NCBI GenBank assembly: GCA_964360255.1
Contig: CAYHVK010000006.1
Location: forward strand, 56,191 to 120,190
DNA length: 64,000 nt
DNA from: an uncultured Pseudobdellovibrionaceae bacterium
GTDB taxonomy: Bacteria; Bdellovibrionota; Bdellovibrionia; Bdellovibrionales; UBA1609
Direction of reading: 5' to 3'
The notes under the pieces are model-generated. The model did no database searches, was not told the DNA's origin, and saw only the letters and a program-made list of their open reading frames with translations. The position numbers and the translations under genes are program-made. Position 1 is the first letter of the stretch. Each line of letters starts with the position of its first letter. Of this stretch, positions 37,886-47,865 are shown piece after piece.

Positions 37886-38043
37886 GGCTTAATTCGGTCT
37901 TTATCCTGAGCTGAATATTTTCTTCGCCTGATAACAGTTCGCTATCAAATGGTTAAAACCTTGTCATTTCGCAATAAGAATAGACAGTGAAAAACCCCTT
38001 CGCTACTATCGAGCCATCAAATCCTACTCCTTAAAGGATCCAA

Positions 38044-39612
38044 ATGGCTCAGTTCAAAAACGCTCTTGTCAGTGTTTCAGATAAAACCGGCCTCATTGAA
38101 TTTATCAAACCGCTCGCTCAAAAAGGCATGCGCGTCGTCTCAACAGGCGGAACCGCCAAATTCCTCGAAGAGAATGGCATCAAAGTCGTACAAATATCAG
38201 AGCAGACGGGCTTTCCAGAGGTGATGGACGGTCGAGTGAAAACGCTCCACCCCAATGTGCACATGGCTTTACTCGCTCGTAAAGATGAGGCCGATGATCT
38301 CGCCATTTTAAAAAAACATAATCTCGAGCCCTTCGATTTAGTTGTGGGAAATCTTTATCCCTTTGAATCCAAGCCTGACATCGAAAATATTGATATCGGT
38401 GGCCCTTCATTCTTAAGATCAGCTTCAAAAAGTTTTGATCGCATCGCGGTCGTGGTCGACCCACAAGATTATGCGAAGATCGCCGCATCAGCAGAACTCA
38501 CTCTCGACGATCGTAAACTTCTCGCGGCAAAAGTTTTTGCTCACACTTCGGCTTACGACTCAATGATCACCGCCTGGCTCGAACCTGATTTTGCGAAAAA
38601 GCGCGATCAATCAGTGGGCGGAAAATTTCAATCTGAGTTGCGTTACGGAGAAAACCCACAACAAAAAGCGGTTTGGTATCGTCAAGCGGGCGTTACGCAA
38701 GGTCTTCACCAAGCGAAAATTCTGCAGGGCAAAGAGCTTTCGTATAATAATCTTCTCGATTTAACGGCGGCCGTTCAAACTCTCAGAAGAATTACGACGG
38801 CGGCCAGCTCTTTAGCGGCTAACAGTCAAAGCGGCAACCAATCTTCTGCCGCCGCCTGCGTAGCCGTAAAACACAACAATCCTTGTGGTATCGCCGTCGC
38901 ATCAAGCATCGCCGAAGCCACAAAACTCGCCATCGAAGCCGACCCCGTCAGCGTCTTCGGAGGGATTTTAGCTCTCAGTCAGCCTGTCGATGATAAAAGC
39001 GCCGAAATTTTATCTGCTCTTTTCTTAGAATGTGTCGTCGCCCCGTCATTCACTCCAGCAGCGCAGTCGATCTTCGCTAAGAAAAAAAATCTGAGACTTC
39101 TCGAATGGTCAGAGATGTTAAAGCCCTCAGAGCAAGCGCTTTACCGCCAAATCGACGGCGGATTTCTTATGCAAACTCCAGACGACGTAGCATCAAAACT
39201 CGATTCAGCATGGACGGTTGTTGGCGAGAAGCCTTCACCAGAGATTGAGAAAGATTTGATTTTTGCCTGGAATACAGTGGCGCACCTAAAAAGTAACGCC
39301 ATTGCCATCACTTTAAATCAGCAAACCTTGGGCCTAGGTATGGGACAAGTGAACCGAGTGGATGCTGTTCAGCATGCTTTAGACCGCATGACCCAGGCTC
39401 ATGGAGAGAGAATTAAATCTCACCAGACGAAAGTCGTCCTCGCCAGCGATGCGTTCTTTCCTTTTCCTGACTCTATTGAGAAAATAGCTAAGGCAGGAGT
39501 GAAGTGGGTTATTCAACCAGGCGGATCGGTCAACGATGAGTCTGTTTTGAAAGCGGCACGAGAGTTCGGCGTTAACATGGTGTTAACGGGTCGTCGTCAT
39601 TTCTTGCATTAG
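38044..39612 (+). CDS. purH: bifunctional AICAR transformylase / IMP cyclohydrolase
   Basis: N-terminal MGS-like ALVSVSDKTGL and RVKTLHP. C-terminal VIQPGGSVNDE and TGRRHFLH. Confidence 0.95.
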   Translation: MAQFKNALVSVSDKTGLIEFIKPLAQKGMRVVSTGGTAKFLEENGIKVVQISEQTGFPEVMDGRVKTLHPNVHMALLARKDEADDLAILKKHNLEPFDLVVGNLYPFESKPDIENIDIGGPSFLRSASKSFDRIAVVVDPQDYAKIAASAELTLDDRKLLAAKVFAHTSAYDSMITAWLEPDFAKKRDQSVGGKFQSELRYGENPQQKAVWYRQAGVTQGLHQAKILQGKELSYNNLLDLTAAVQTLRRITTAASSLAANSQSGNQSSAAACVAVKHNNPCGIAVASSIAEATKLAIEADPVSVFGGILALSQPVDDKSAEILSALFLECVVAPSFTPAAQSIFAKKKNLRLLEWSEMLKPSEQALYRQIDGGFLMQTPDDVASKLDSAWTVVGEKPSPEIEKDLIFAWNTVAHLKSNAIAITLNQQTLGLGMGQVNRVDAVQHALDRMTQAHGERIKSHQTKVVLASDAFFPFPDSIEKIAKAGVKWVIQPGGSVNDESVLKAAREFGVNMVLTGRRHFLH

Positions 39613-39640
39613 ATAAACAGCAACTACTAGAGTCGGCTTC

Positions 39641-41413
39641 ATGAAGATTGGCAAAAACACACCTTGGCTGGTGAAATCAAGTGGACGCATCATTGGTCCA
39701 TTTTTTGAAAATGAAATTATCAGCCTATTACGCACACGTGAAATCGTTCTTATCGATGAACTCAGTCGTCCGTGCGGAAGATGGGTGTACGTTCGTGACG
39801 AGCCAGCTTTCGCAGCGATCGCCGAAGAGCTTCGCCAAAGAAATCTCAAGACTCTCAATGATGAAACTACGGCGCAAATCGAGCATACGGTCACTCCGAC
39901 GCAAACGATTAGTGTGACAGAATCTATTGATGATCGCACTGAAGAGATCTCGAATATTATTGATTTGAATCCCCAAGTTCATCAAACGATTAAAGACGTG
40001 ATGGGTTCGCGCCCGGCGCGCCCAGCAGGCTCAGCTAGTGGTGGTGGAGCAAAAACTCCTGCATCCGATGACACCTATGTTTTTGAAGGCGATCGCTTAA
40101 TTCAAAAAGAAAGCCAAGCTGTTTCAAAAATGCTTTGGGTTATTACGGCCATCGTTATTTTCTCAAGCGTGGGTTACGTCGCCTTTCGTCAGTACATTGC
40201 CAAACCTATTCAGAATAAAGCTACGGCGCTTGCAAGTTTAGATAAGGCGCAAACCTCGGTGAATATCGGCGATTACCCAACAGCTTTCAATCTTTACAAA
40301 AAAGCTCATTTAGCCGACTCACAAGATATGAGAACCTATCTGCCGCTTTCAATTCTCTACGTGCAGCTTGAGAGACAAACAGTGCAAGCCAAGCGTTTGC
40401 TAGAATCGTTACTTGCGAATCAAGAAAAAGAGCGCCAAAAAATTCTAACAGCCATGGGCCTGGCAGAATTAGTTGATCGTCGCTATTCTGAAGCTGAGAT
40501 GCGCTTCACTCGCGCTCTTGAAGTGGACCCACTTTTTAAGCCGGCGCTTATTAATTTAGGCATTACATCACTTCTGGCGGGCGACGCAGAAAAAGCGAAC
40601 AACTATTTACAGATTGCAATTAAAGACGGCTCACGTGAAGGTCTCGAACAAGTGATGGTTGTTGATGCTCTCACTCAGCTTTATCACAAAGAAAAAGATA
40701 AATCGTACTTAGCGCAAGCCGAGCGCTTCATCTCTGAATACATTCGGCCCAATCAACCTTACTACTTTGAGGGTTTAGTCGCGTCTATTTACGTGAGCTA
40801 TCTCATGCAAGATAGAGAGAAGATGTACGCTAAAATCAATATGCTTCTTGATTCTGACCCGATCGCCTCGTCTTTACATAAATATAATCTTTATGTTTAT
40901 AAAGGCGCTCTCGATTGGAGAAAACTCAATCAGTGGTGTTTAAAATCAACTGAGATTCTTGATCCTGTCGCAAGAGTCGTAGCGTTCGAGGCTCTTTGCT
41001 TGTTGAAATCTGAAGATCTTACTGAAGCCAGCAGAAAAATCGAAGATGCGGTTCAGCAGGCTCCGAGAGATTCATTAGTGCAGGCCACTTATGGTTATAT
41101 TCTTGAAAGCCTAAATTCTTCGGATCGCGCGAAAGTGGCTTACGAAAAAGCCGTGGATTTCGATCGCGTCAGATCATTTCAGTCACCTAGAATATATATG
41201 GCTCGTTACTGTGAGCAGACGAATCGTCCTGATTGTGCTTATGCTTACTGGCGTGAGCTTTTAGAAATTAATGGCAGCTCGCTACCAGCTCTCGCCGGTC
41301 TTTATGAGATGGCGGTAGAGAGAAAGCAAACGGACCAAGCCAATTTATATAAGAGCCGAGGCCAAGCCATTTCGACCACGTACATGCCATTCTTTGGCGT
41401 GAAGCGAGATTAA
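39641..41413 (+). CDS. GYF_2-like domain + TM + TPR-repeat protein
   Basis: N-terminal WLVKSSGRIIGPFFENEIISLLRTREIVLIDELSRPCGRWVYV (DUF4339/GYF_2 pattern). TM MLWVITAIVIFSSVGYVAF. Multiple TPR-like repeats in the C-terminal part. Confidence 0.65.
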   Translation: MKIGKNTPWLVKSSGRIIGPFFENEIISLLRTREIVLIDELSRPCGRWVYVRDEPAFAAIAEELRQRNLKTLNDETTAQIEHTVTPTQTISVTESIDDRTEEISNIIDLNPQVHQTIKDVMGSRPARPAGSASGGGAKTPASDDTYVFEGDRLIQKESQAVSKMLWVITAIVIFSSVGYVAFRQYIAKPIQNKATALASLDKAQTSVNIGDYPTAFNLYKKAHLADSQDMRTYLPLSILYVQLERQTVQAKRLLESLLANQEKERQKILTAMGLAELVDRRYSEAEMRFTRALEVDPLFKPALINLGITSLLAGDAEKANNYLQIAIKDGSREGLEQVMVVDALTQLYHKEKDKSYLAQAERFISEYIRPNQPYYFEGLVASIYVSYLMQDREKMYAKINMLLDSDPIASSLHKYNLYVYKGALDWRKLNQWCLKSTEILDPVARVVAFEALCLLKSEDLTEASRKIEDAVQQAPRDSLVQATYGYILESLNSSDRAKVAYEKAVDFDRVRSFQSPRIYMARYCEQTNRPDCAYAYWRELLEINGSSLPALAGLYEMAVERKQTDQANLYKSRGQAISTTYMPFFGVKRD

Positions 41414-41414
41414 G

Positions 41415-42107
41415 ATGGAGTGGCTCAAGATACTAGTTGTTCTTTTGGCACTCAGTCTATCGGTGTCAGCTTGCAAAAAAGAATCTGAAGCTGAAGAAGA
41501 ATTCCAAACTGGCGATGTGCATGAGACCAGTAAAAGTTTTATCTTTCCGGCGGCTTTAAAAACTAAAGTCGATGAAGAGTATGTGGCCTTTATGAAAACT
41601 CAAGGCCCGCCCTTTGATATTAAAACTCCTGAAGAGTTGTTGCTGCAGGTGCCCAGAGAGTATCTCGATATCGATTTAACGATTTCTCCTCTAGGGTCAG
41701 GTACACTTTCTGCGCCGACTATTTTTCGCTTACCGCGTGGTGGTGGATCCATTGACCTCAAAGAATACGTCAAAGGCGCCAAGGGCAGCTTCTTCGTCAA
41801 AATGTCAGCAAAGAAAACGACAGAACCAGAAGGTAAAATTTCAAAACTAAAAGTGTATTTTTTAAGCCAGGGTAAAAAACAAAAAGTAGATAAAGAAGAG
41901 TTTGGCTCGGGCTGCGGTAAATATATGGATATCACATCGTACGTTGAAGCCAAGGCCAACGACGGTATTCAAGTGAATGCCACGAACCAAAGATACGTCT
42001 CGGTTCTGGCGGGCATTTACTATTTCATCGGTTTCGAGAAAGAAAAAATATATTTAGCCGCAGTTAAGATATCAGATTCAAGATACTCAAACCTGCAATG
42101 CCAATAA
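41415..42107 (+). CDS. hypothetical lipoprotein
   Basis: Signal and lipobox LALSLSVSACKK. Starts 1 nt after the upstream stop. Confidence 0.55.
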   Translation: MEWLKILVVLLALSLSVSACKKESEAEEEFQTGDVHETSKSFIFPAALKTKVDEEYVAFMKTQGPPFDIKTPEELLLQVPREYLDIDLTISPLGSGTLSAPTIFRLPRGGGSIDLKEYVKGAKGSFFVKMSAKKTTEPEGKISKLKVYFLSQGKKQKVDKEEFGSGCGKYMDITSYVEAKANDGIQVNATNQRYVSVLAGIYYFIGFEKEKIYLAAVKISDSRYSNLQCQ

Positions 42108-42164
42108 AAGGTGCCCGGTTAGTTATCGGTGCTGCGCCGGTACATAAATGAATAGAAAGACCCA

Positions 42165-42704
42165 ATGACCTGGAAGAAATTAAAATCCGATAAAGTTTTC
42201 GAGTCTAAATATTTCCATCTCTCCGTCGACGAATGCGAAACATCAAGCGGTTTACGAGTGCCAAGATATTACGTTGTTGATTTCCCCGACTGGGTTCAAT
42301 GCGTAGCGGTCGATGAAGCGGGGAGCTTAATTCTCGTTAATCAGTATAGATATCCCGGCAAAGGTTTATTCTTAGAATTTCCTGGTGGCTCAACAGATGC
42401 GAATCGCGGAGAAGAGCCGCAAGTAGCTGCAGAGCGCGAGTTATTAGAAGAAACCGGCCACTCATCAAGTGAGTGGATTTATCTAGGCTCGCATTATCCG
42501 AATCCGGCACTGCAAACCAATCGCTGCCATTCTTATTTAGCTTTGAATTGTAAGAAGACGGCAGAGCTTAATCTCGACCCATTCGAGGAGCTGACCGTGA
42601 CGAAGATGTCGGTTGAAGATTATACGAAGCACTGCCGAACCCAGCCGCAGAATCACTCACTGATGCTGGCTACGATATTCTTGGCGCTGCCGTATTTGAA
42701 GTAA
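42165..42704 (+). CDS. NUDIX hydrolase (ADP-ribose pyrophosphatase-like)
   Basis: Nudix box GGSTDANRGEEPQVAAERELLEETG. Confidence 0.85.
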   Translation: MTWKKLKSDKVFESKYFHLSVDECETSSGLRVPRYYVVDFPDWVQCVAVDEAGSLILVNQYRYPGKGLFLEFPGGSTDANRGEEPQVAAERELLEETGHSSSEWIYLGSHYPNPALQTNRCHSYLALNCKKTAELNLDPFEELTVTKMSVEDYTKHCRTQPQNHSLMLATIFLALPYLK

Positions 42705-42813
42705 GTGCTCTCGCAGGGCCTTAAGGTGCAGTCACACCCCTTCAGGAAATGCGTTAAATCTCAAAATGAGCCGAAGCTCACATCAAGGTGAACACGCTGG
42801 AGACCTAAGAACT

Positions 42814-42924
42814 TCACAATAATCCAAACTTAGCGGCGATTATTAATACAAGACTAACAATCACCAAAAAATCCTTAACTAAAGCTAAAATTCGCCGATA
42901 AAACAAATAGCGTTCTTTGTTCAT
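42814..42924 (-). CDS. 36-aa hydrophobic small protein (candidate, below the ORF-track cutoff)
   Basis: ATG 6 nt after AAGGAGG. Hand translation MNKERYLFYRRILALVKDFLVIVSLVLIIAAKFGLL-stop: basic N-terminus plus one TM-length helix. A 9-bp hairpin lies in the putative leader (42960-42995). Confidence 0.35.
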   Translation of the reverse strand: MNKERYLFYRRILALVKDFLVIVSLVLIIAAKFGLL

Positions 42925-43236
42925 ATCGTGACCTCCTTTCCTTCCAGAAAAGAGTCACCCAAAGGGGAGTCCTGCGAGAGCAGTATTCCCCTTTGCATTT
43001 TAGGTGCCTCGCTGAATCTGCCTTACATTGTTTCTCAGTAGACGAGCCGTCCATTTCTCAAATTGGAAAATCCGGACACAAAAACCAAACAATAGTTACA
43101 TATCTTCATGATCTGAGGCAAAACCCCACGTCTGTGGCAGTTCGCCAAGCCAAAATCAATCAGCAGCTCAGCCACCAGGTCTAAATTTTGCAAAACTCCT
43201 GCACAGATGAATTATTAAAGATTGGCTGGGCCCTAA

Positions 43237-43794
43237 ATGAAGACTTATAAAAAACGAGATCTTGCGGTAGATAAAGTCAGAAGATTTCTCGAGCCTGGCC
43301 CGATTGTGCTAGTGAGTTCTAAATACAAAGATGAAATCAATATCATGACTATGGGTTGGCACATGGTCATGGAGTTTTCACCCTCTCTTATTGGCTGTTT
43401 TATATGGAATCAAAATTACAGCCACGATCTAATCAGGAAGAGTAAAGAGTGCGTGATTAATATTCCGACAGCCGACATGCTGAATACAGTTATCGGTATC
43501 GGCAATTGCGATGGCGATGAAGTGGATAAATTTTCTGAATTTAAACTGACTCCCATTAAAGGGAACAAAGTGAAAGCTCCGCTTATTAAAGAGTGCTACG
43601 CCAATATCGAATGTAAATTGGTCGATTCTAGTCTTATTAATAAATACAGTCTTTTTATTTTCAAAGTGGTGAAGGCCCATGCGGCTACGAAGCCGAAATA
43701 TCCGCAGACGGTGCATTACCGTGGTGATGGTGTGTTTATGATTTCTGGTCGGAATGTGGATAAGCGGAGATTGTTTAAGCCGGGGAGGCTTTAG
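43237..43794 (+). CDS. flavin reductase-like (FMN-binding split-barrel) protein
   Basis: PGPIVLVSS...NIMTMGWHM and the overall length fit the flavin reductase-like domain family. Confidence 0.7.
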   Translation: MKTYKKRDLAVDKVRRFLEPGPIVLVSSKYKDEINIMTMGWHMVMEFSPSLIGCFIWNQNYSHDLIRKSKECVINIPTADMLNTVIGIGNCDGDEVDKFSEFKLTPIKGNKVKAPLIKECYANIECKLVDSSLINKYSLFIFKVVKAHAATKPKYPQTVHYRGDGVFMISGRNVDKRRLFKPGRL

Positions 43795-44033
43795 ACAAAA
43801 ATATCTTCCCAAATTTGAGTGGCAGTTATTATGTGATTAGAGTTATAGCCACTAAGATGGTCATTACAAATTACACGAGGCGACAAGCCGCTCTAGAAGC
43901 CTTATCTTGCTTGGGCTTGAGGTGGTTCATCAATAAAAGCGTAAAATAATTAAGAGATTCTATTTTGACAAATATTCACTTTATCTTACAGACTCACTAT
44001 AAATAATTATATTTTATTTATTAAGAGGTTGTT

Positions 44034-47000
44034 ATGATATTGCGGTTGTTGGTGGTGCTTGGTTTATTATTGTGCACTCAGTTTTCTTTGGCTCTAACTT
44101 GTGATTCATCTACTTCACTTGGGGGCGTAACAGCTCTCCAGGACACTTGTTCTGATTTCGAGCCGCGATATTCTTGCGGTGAAGAGTGGGATGTTTATGG
44201 CCCACAGTTTACTCTAAAATCTGGAGTGGATGATTATGGATACCGCTATCTAGAAGCGCGCTGCGAAATCAAAAACTGCTTAGACAATTCTATATTCTGG
44301 ACCATCGGAGTAGCTCATGATTACCTTTCTGCTTGCGGTGGTGACTTTAATTCTAACAATAATAAAAATAGTAAGCAGAATCAGCCCAGCTGCAAAGGTT
44401 CGATTATTACACCAACAACAAGAACTGTTGGAGAAATAATTCCACTTCAAAATTCATCTTTCGACCTTGTTTATGCAAGCGATAGAACTCGTGGTTATGA
44501 AATTCCATATATTGTACGTACAAAGATGACAGGCGCTGATGTTCGATCTGATATAACTGATCTAGATATTGAAGTTCGTGATGAATCCAATACGCTTGTT
44601 GATTCACAAGACATTCCGAATACTGCAAACCAAACACATACCTATACTTGGGATGGTTTAGATTCTTCAAACAATGATGTTTGGGCAACAGTTAAGTACA
44701 AATTTAAAATTATTGAGACCTATGCAAGTTTTACTCTACCTGTTGTTAACGAAGTAGAAATGGGTAGTCTGAACATAAAAAAACTCGGTCTAGGCGGCTG
44801 GGCACCTTCAGTCTGGATGTTCTATGATGCTTCTGCGAAGACACTTTATCGAGGAGATGGCTCTAATCGTCAAGTTGAGGGCGAGGCTATTGGTGGAGGA
44901 GCCCATAGAGTTGCAGAAGAAGATGGATCACTTGTTCACGAGTTTAATGCTACAGGATTAATTACTTCAACTAAACTAGGTAAAACTGGTACCGCGATTT
45001 ATACGTTTACTTACTCAAGCGATAAGCTCACTCAAATCACTGAACCACATAGTATCGTCACATCCTTTACCTACTCAATGGGCAACTTAGTGTCTATTAC
45101 CAATCCGTACAGCCAAACATTTTCAGTAGGCTTAGATGCGAATGGATTCCTAGAAGAATTAACGACACCGGCCTCTGAAGTTTATGAAATGACATATAGT
45201 GCCGAGGGACTACTACTTACTTTTGAAAAGCCGAATGGAGCCATTAGTGAATTCACTTACGATGCCGAGGGAGTGTTAGAGCGGGATGAGCACTCTGGAG
45301 GTTTTTATGCTGATGTAGATGAGATTACTACGGGTTTTCCTCGTGAGTTTACATATACAACAAGAATGGGAAGAGAAACTCTTTTTTCAGGGGATGGCCG
45401 ATTGTATCCTCAGACCACTACACGACCTCATGGTGGACAAGAAGTTATGAATTTTAGCGACTCATCGAATTCGCGTATAGAGTCCGGAGTCACAGTTACT
45501 AAAGCATTTACTCCAGACGCTCGCTTTGGAAACACATCAAGATTTCAGACGGGAGAAACTGAAAGTGGGCCAGGCTATTCTATCAGCGAAACTATTGCTG
45601 ATACAGTCAACTTAAACTCATCTAACCCGTTCGATATCGACACGTGGACCACCAACATCACAAATGGAACTATCGATACGGATATTGTCTATGATGGATC
45701 AACCAAAGAATATAATGTTACAACTGCTGAAGGCCGCACTTATCGTCTTGAGATTGATACATATGAGCGTCCAGTAGAAGAGCAAATCGGCTCACTTACG
45801 ACTACGGCCTATACTTACACAGGTAAAAATCTAACGGGTATTACTCAAGGCGCACGTTCAACAACGCTTGCATATAATGGCGTTGGTTTAATTTCTTCAA
45901 TTACAAATGATCTGAGTCAAACTACATCATACGCTTACGATAGCGCCGGAAGACTTGATACTGTTACTTTACATGATTCAAGAGTTATCGATTACGATTA
46001 TGACTCCGTTGGCCGCTTAACCAGCGTGACACCAGAGGGAAGAACAGCGCATGTATTTGATTATAATACATCTGAACTTTTACAAGAGTACGCTCCGCCG
46101 CTTATTACTGGAGTACCGAATGTAACGACTGATTATACTTATAATAATGACAATCAGCTCACGCAAATCGACCGACCAGATGGTCAGACCATAGTATATG
46201 CTTATGGTGCAACCACGGGACTGCTTGACTCAATCACAACGCCGACACGTACAACGACAATTTCTTATTCATATGATTTGCCGACACTCTTTGATAGCAA
46301 TAGCAGTATTGATCTTTATCGCACATATGTAGGCAGAAAGATCACCCAAGAAGACTGGTATGACAATTCATCTAACTACTTAGGCTACTTCAGCTCAACG
46401 TTAAGTTCATCTTACCCAGATATTGCCTCCGATACAGTAGGTGGAGGAGCCAGCGGCACACGCACCATCACTTATTCATACGATGACGATCGCGTGCTAA
46501 CCGGTACAGGCGAGATCACTTTGACCTATGCAACGCCAAACGGAACACTCACCTCAACTGATTTCGGCATCATTGACGATGCTTATGGATACAATTCATT
46601 TGGTGAGATGACGGCTTACGATGCAACTGTAAGCAGCGTGAATAAATACTCTTTAGATTTTACCCGCGATGATCTTGGCCGTATTTCTCAGAAAATTGAA
46701 ACCATCAATGGTGGCACGACTTACACTTATGATTACACATACGACAGTACAGGCCGCCTGACTCAAGTCGATAGAAATTCTTCAACCTACGCGACCTATT
46801 CATACGATGATAACAACAACCGAACGGGTGGAGTTATCAACGGAGTCACAACAACTGGCGTGTACGATACTCAAGACCGCATGACGGATTACAACACGTA
46901 TGATTTCACATACGGCGCTAATGGCGAGATGTTAACAAAAACAAATACTCTGACCTCGGTAGTTTGGACATACACGTACGATGTTGAAGGGAATTTGCTT

Positions 47001-47864
47001 TCTGCAGCAAGTTCGTCGCCGGCAAAAACATACAATTATGAGGTCGATGGTCTTAACAGAAGAATTGAAAAGCGAGATGGCAGCACGTTTAAGGCTCGTT
47101 ATCTCTATGATACAAAGAATCGAATAATCGCAGAGATTAATAGCAACCGTACTTTAAAGCGTCGTTACGTTTACGTTTCAAAGCAGAATATTCCAGATTA
47201 TTTTTACGAAGGCTCAGCAAAGTTTAGAATTATTTCGGATCATTTGGGCTCGCCACGCTTAGTGATTAAGCAATCTGATGGCTCGATCAAGCAAGTTATG
47301 GATCACGATGCGTTCGGGTGTTTTGTGACTAATACTATTGATACATCTGGTAGTTATACGGCGATTCCGTTTGGTTTTGCTGGCGGCCTCTTCGATGCCA
47401 ATACTAACCTCCTCCGTTATGGTGCGAGAGATTATGACTGTGAAACCGGTCGTTGGCTTTCTAAAGATCCGATTTTGTTTGATGGTGGTGATACGAACTT
47501 GTTTGGTTATGTTCAAAATGATCCAATTAATTGGATCGATGTTAATGGTCTTGAGCCCAAGAGACCTGGCTTTATAAATACAATAAATATCGATGAAATG
47601 AGAAGTGGTGGAGGCGGTGGTGGAGGCTTTAGTCCATTTAGAGGAAAGTCGCCTCAGCAAATTGATACCATGTTTAGAGATAAAGGCTTCCAGCCGCGTG
47701 GTCCTGACCCTGTGGGTGGCAAAGGCGGTTATGTTAATCCTAACACTGGCCGTTCTTATCATATAGACTTTAATAATCGTTTTAATGAGCCAGCGCATGT
47801 GGATGTGAACCGACCAGGTAATTGTCCGATGCCGAAGCGTAAGTTTCCAGCAGGAGGAGAGTAA
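44034..47864 (+). CDS. secreted RHS/YD-repeat (teneurin-like) polymorphic toxin with unclassified C-terminal domain
   Basis: Sec signal MILRLLVVLGLLLCTQFSLA. Dozens of YD repeats (YTYDSTGRLTQV, YSYDDNNNRTG, YTYDVEGNLL). RHS core end DHLGSPRLV...RYGARDYDCETGRWLSKDP...DPINWIDVNGL (ends at 47552). About 103-aa tip at 47553-47861. Confidence 0.9.
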   Translation: MILRLLVVLGLLLCTQFSLALTCDSSTSLGGVTALQDTCSDFEPRYSCGEEWDVYGPQFTLKSGVDDYGYRYLEARCEIKNCLDNSIFWTIGVAHDYLSACGGDFNSNNNKNSKQNQPSCKGSIITPTTRTVGEIIPLQNSSFDLVYASDRTRGYEIPYIVRTKMTGADVRSDITDLDIEVRDESNTLVDSQDIPNTANQTHTYTWDGLDSSNNDVWATVKYKFKIIETYASFTLPVVNEVEMGSLNIKKLGLGGWAPSVWMFYDASAKTLYRGDGSNRQVEGEAIGGGAHRVAEEDGSLVHEFNATGLITSTKLGKTGTAIYTFTYSSDKLTQITEPHSIVTSFTYSMGNLVSITNPYSQTFSVGLDANGFLEELTTPASEVYEMTYSAEGLLLTFEKPNGAISEFTYDAEGVLERDEHSGGFYADVDEITTGFPREFTYTTRMGRETLFSGDGRLYPQTTTRPHGGQEVMNFSDSSNSRIESGVTVTKAFTPDARFGNTSRFQTGETESGPGYSISETIADTVNLNSSNPFDIDTWTTNITNGTIDTDIVYDGSTKEYNVTTAEGRTYRLEIDTYERPVEEQIGSLTTTAYTYTGKNLTGITQGARSTTLAYNGVGLISSITNDLSQTTSYAYDSAGRLDTVTLHDSRVIDYDYDSVGRLTSVTPEGRTAHVFDYNTSELLQEYAPPLITGVPNVTTDYTYNNDNQLTQIDRPDGQTIVYAYGATTGLLDSITTPTRTTTISYSYDLPTLFDSNSSIDLYRTYVGRKITQEDWYDNSSNYLGYFSSTLSSSYPDIASDTVGGGASGTRTITYSYDDDRVLTGTGEITLTYATPNGTLTSTDFGIIDDAYGYNSFGEMTAYDATVSSVNKYSLDFTRDDLGRISQKIETINGGTTYTYDYTYDSTGRLTQVDRNSSTYATYSYDDNNNRTGGVINGVTTTGVYDTQDRMTDYNTYDFTYGANGEMLTKTNTLTSVVWTYTYDVEGNLLSAASSSPAKTYNYEVDGLNRRIEKRDGSTFKARYLYDTKNRIIAEINSNRTLKRRYVYVSKQNIPDYFYEGSAKFRIISDHLGSPRLVIKQSDGSIKQVMDHDAFGCFVTNTIDTSGSYTAIPFGFAGGLFDANTNLLRYGARDYDCETGRWLSKDPILFDGGDTNLFGYVQNDPINWIDVNGLEPKRPGFINTINIDEMRSGGGGGGGFSPFRGKSPQQIDTMFRDKGFQPRGPDPVGGKGGYVNPNTGRSYHIDFNNRFNEPAHVDVNRPGNCPMPKRKFPAGGE

Positions 47865-47865
47865 A

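Noticed and set aside
37049-38043. REPtron structure (inverted REP hairpins flanking the HUH gene)
   Set aside because: Only unrelated short hairpins are present: the mla terminator at 37095-37111 and ttcgcgag/ctcgcgaa at 37262-37283. There are no matching palindromes on both sides and no similarity to the 8996/42106 repeat.
42993-43184. 63-aa plus-strand ORF in the Nudix/flavin-reductase gap
   Set aside because: It has no SD and no recognisable motif or signal, and its composition looks like non-coding sequence. The minus-strand 36-aa ORF nearby is a better, though still tentative, candidate.
47259-47798. 179-aa minus-strand ORF inside the RHS gene
   Set aside because: It is antisense to the strongly supported RHS core and tip and has no SD or motifs. 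Other nested ORFs from the track were rejected for the same reason, for example 34341-34715, 6618-6971, 8301-8615, 36010-36246 and 43429-43812.
44034-47864. T6SS-delivered Rhs effector interpretation
   Set aside because: There is no PAAR domain at the N-terminus and no VgrG, Hcp, chaperone (DUF1795/EagR) or other T6SS genes nearby. The protein has an N-terminal Sec-type signal peptide instead.
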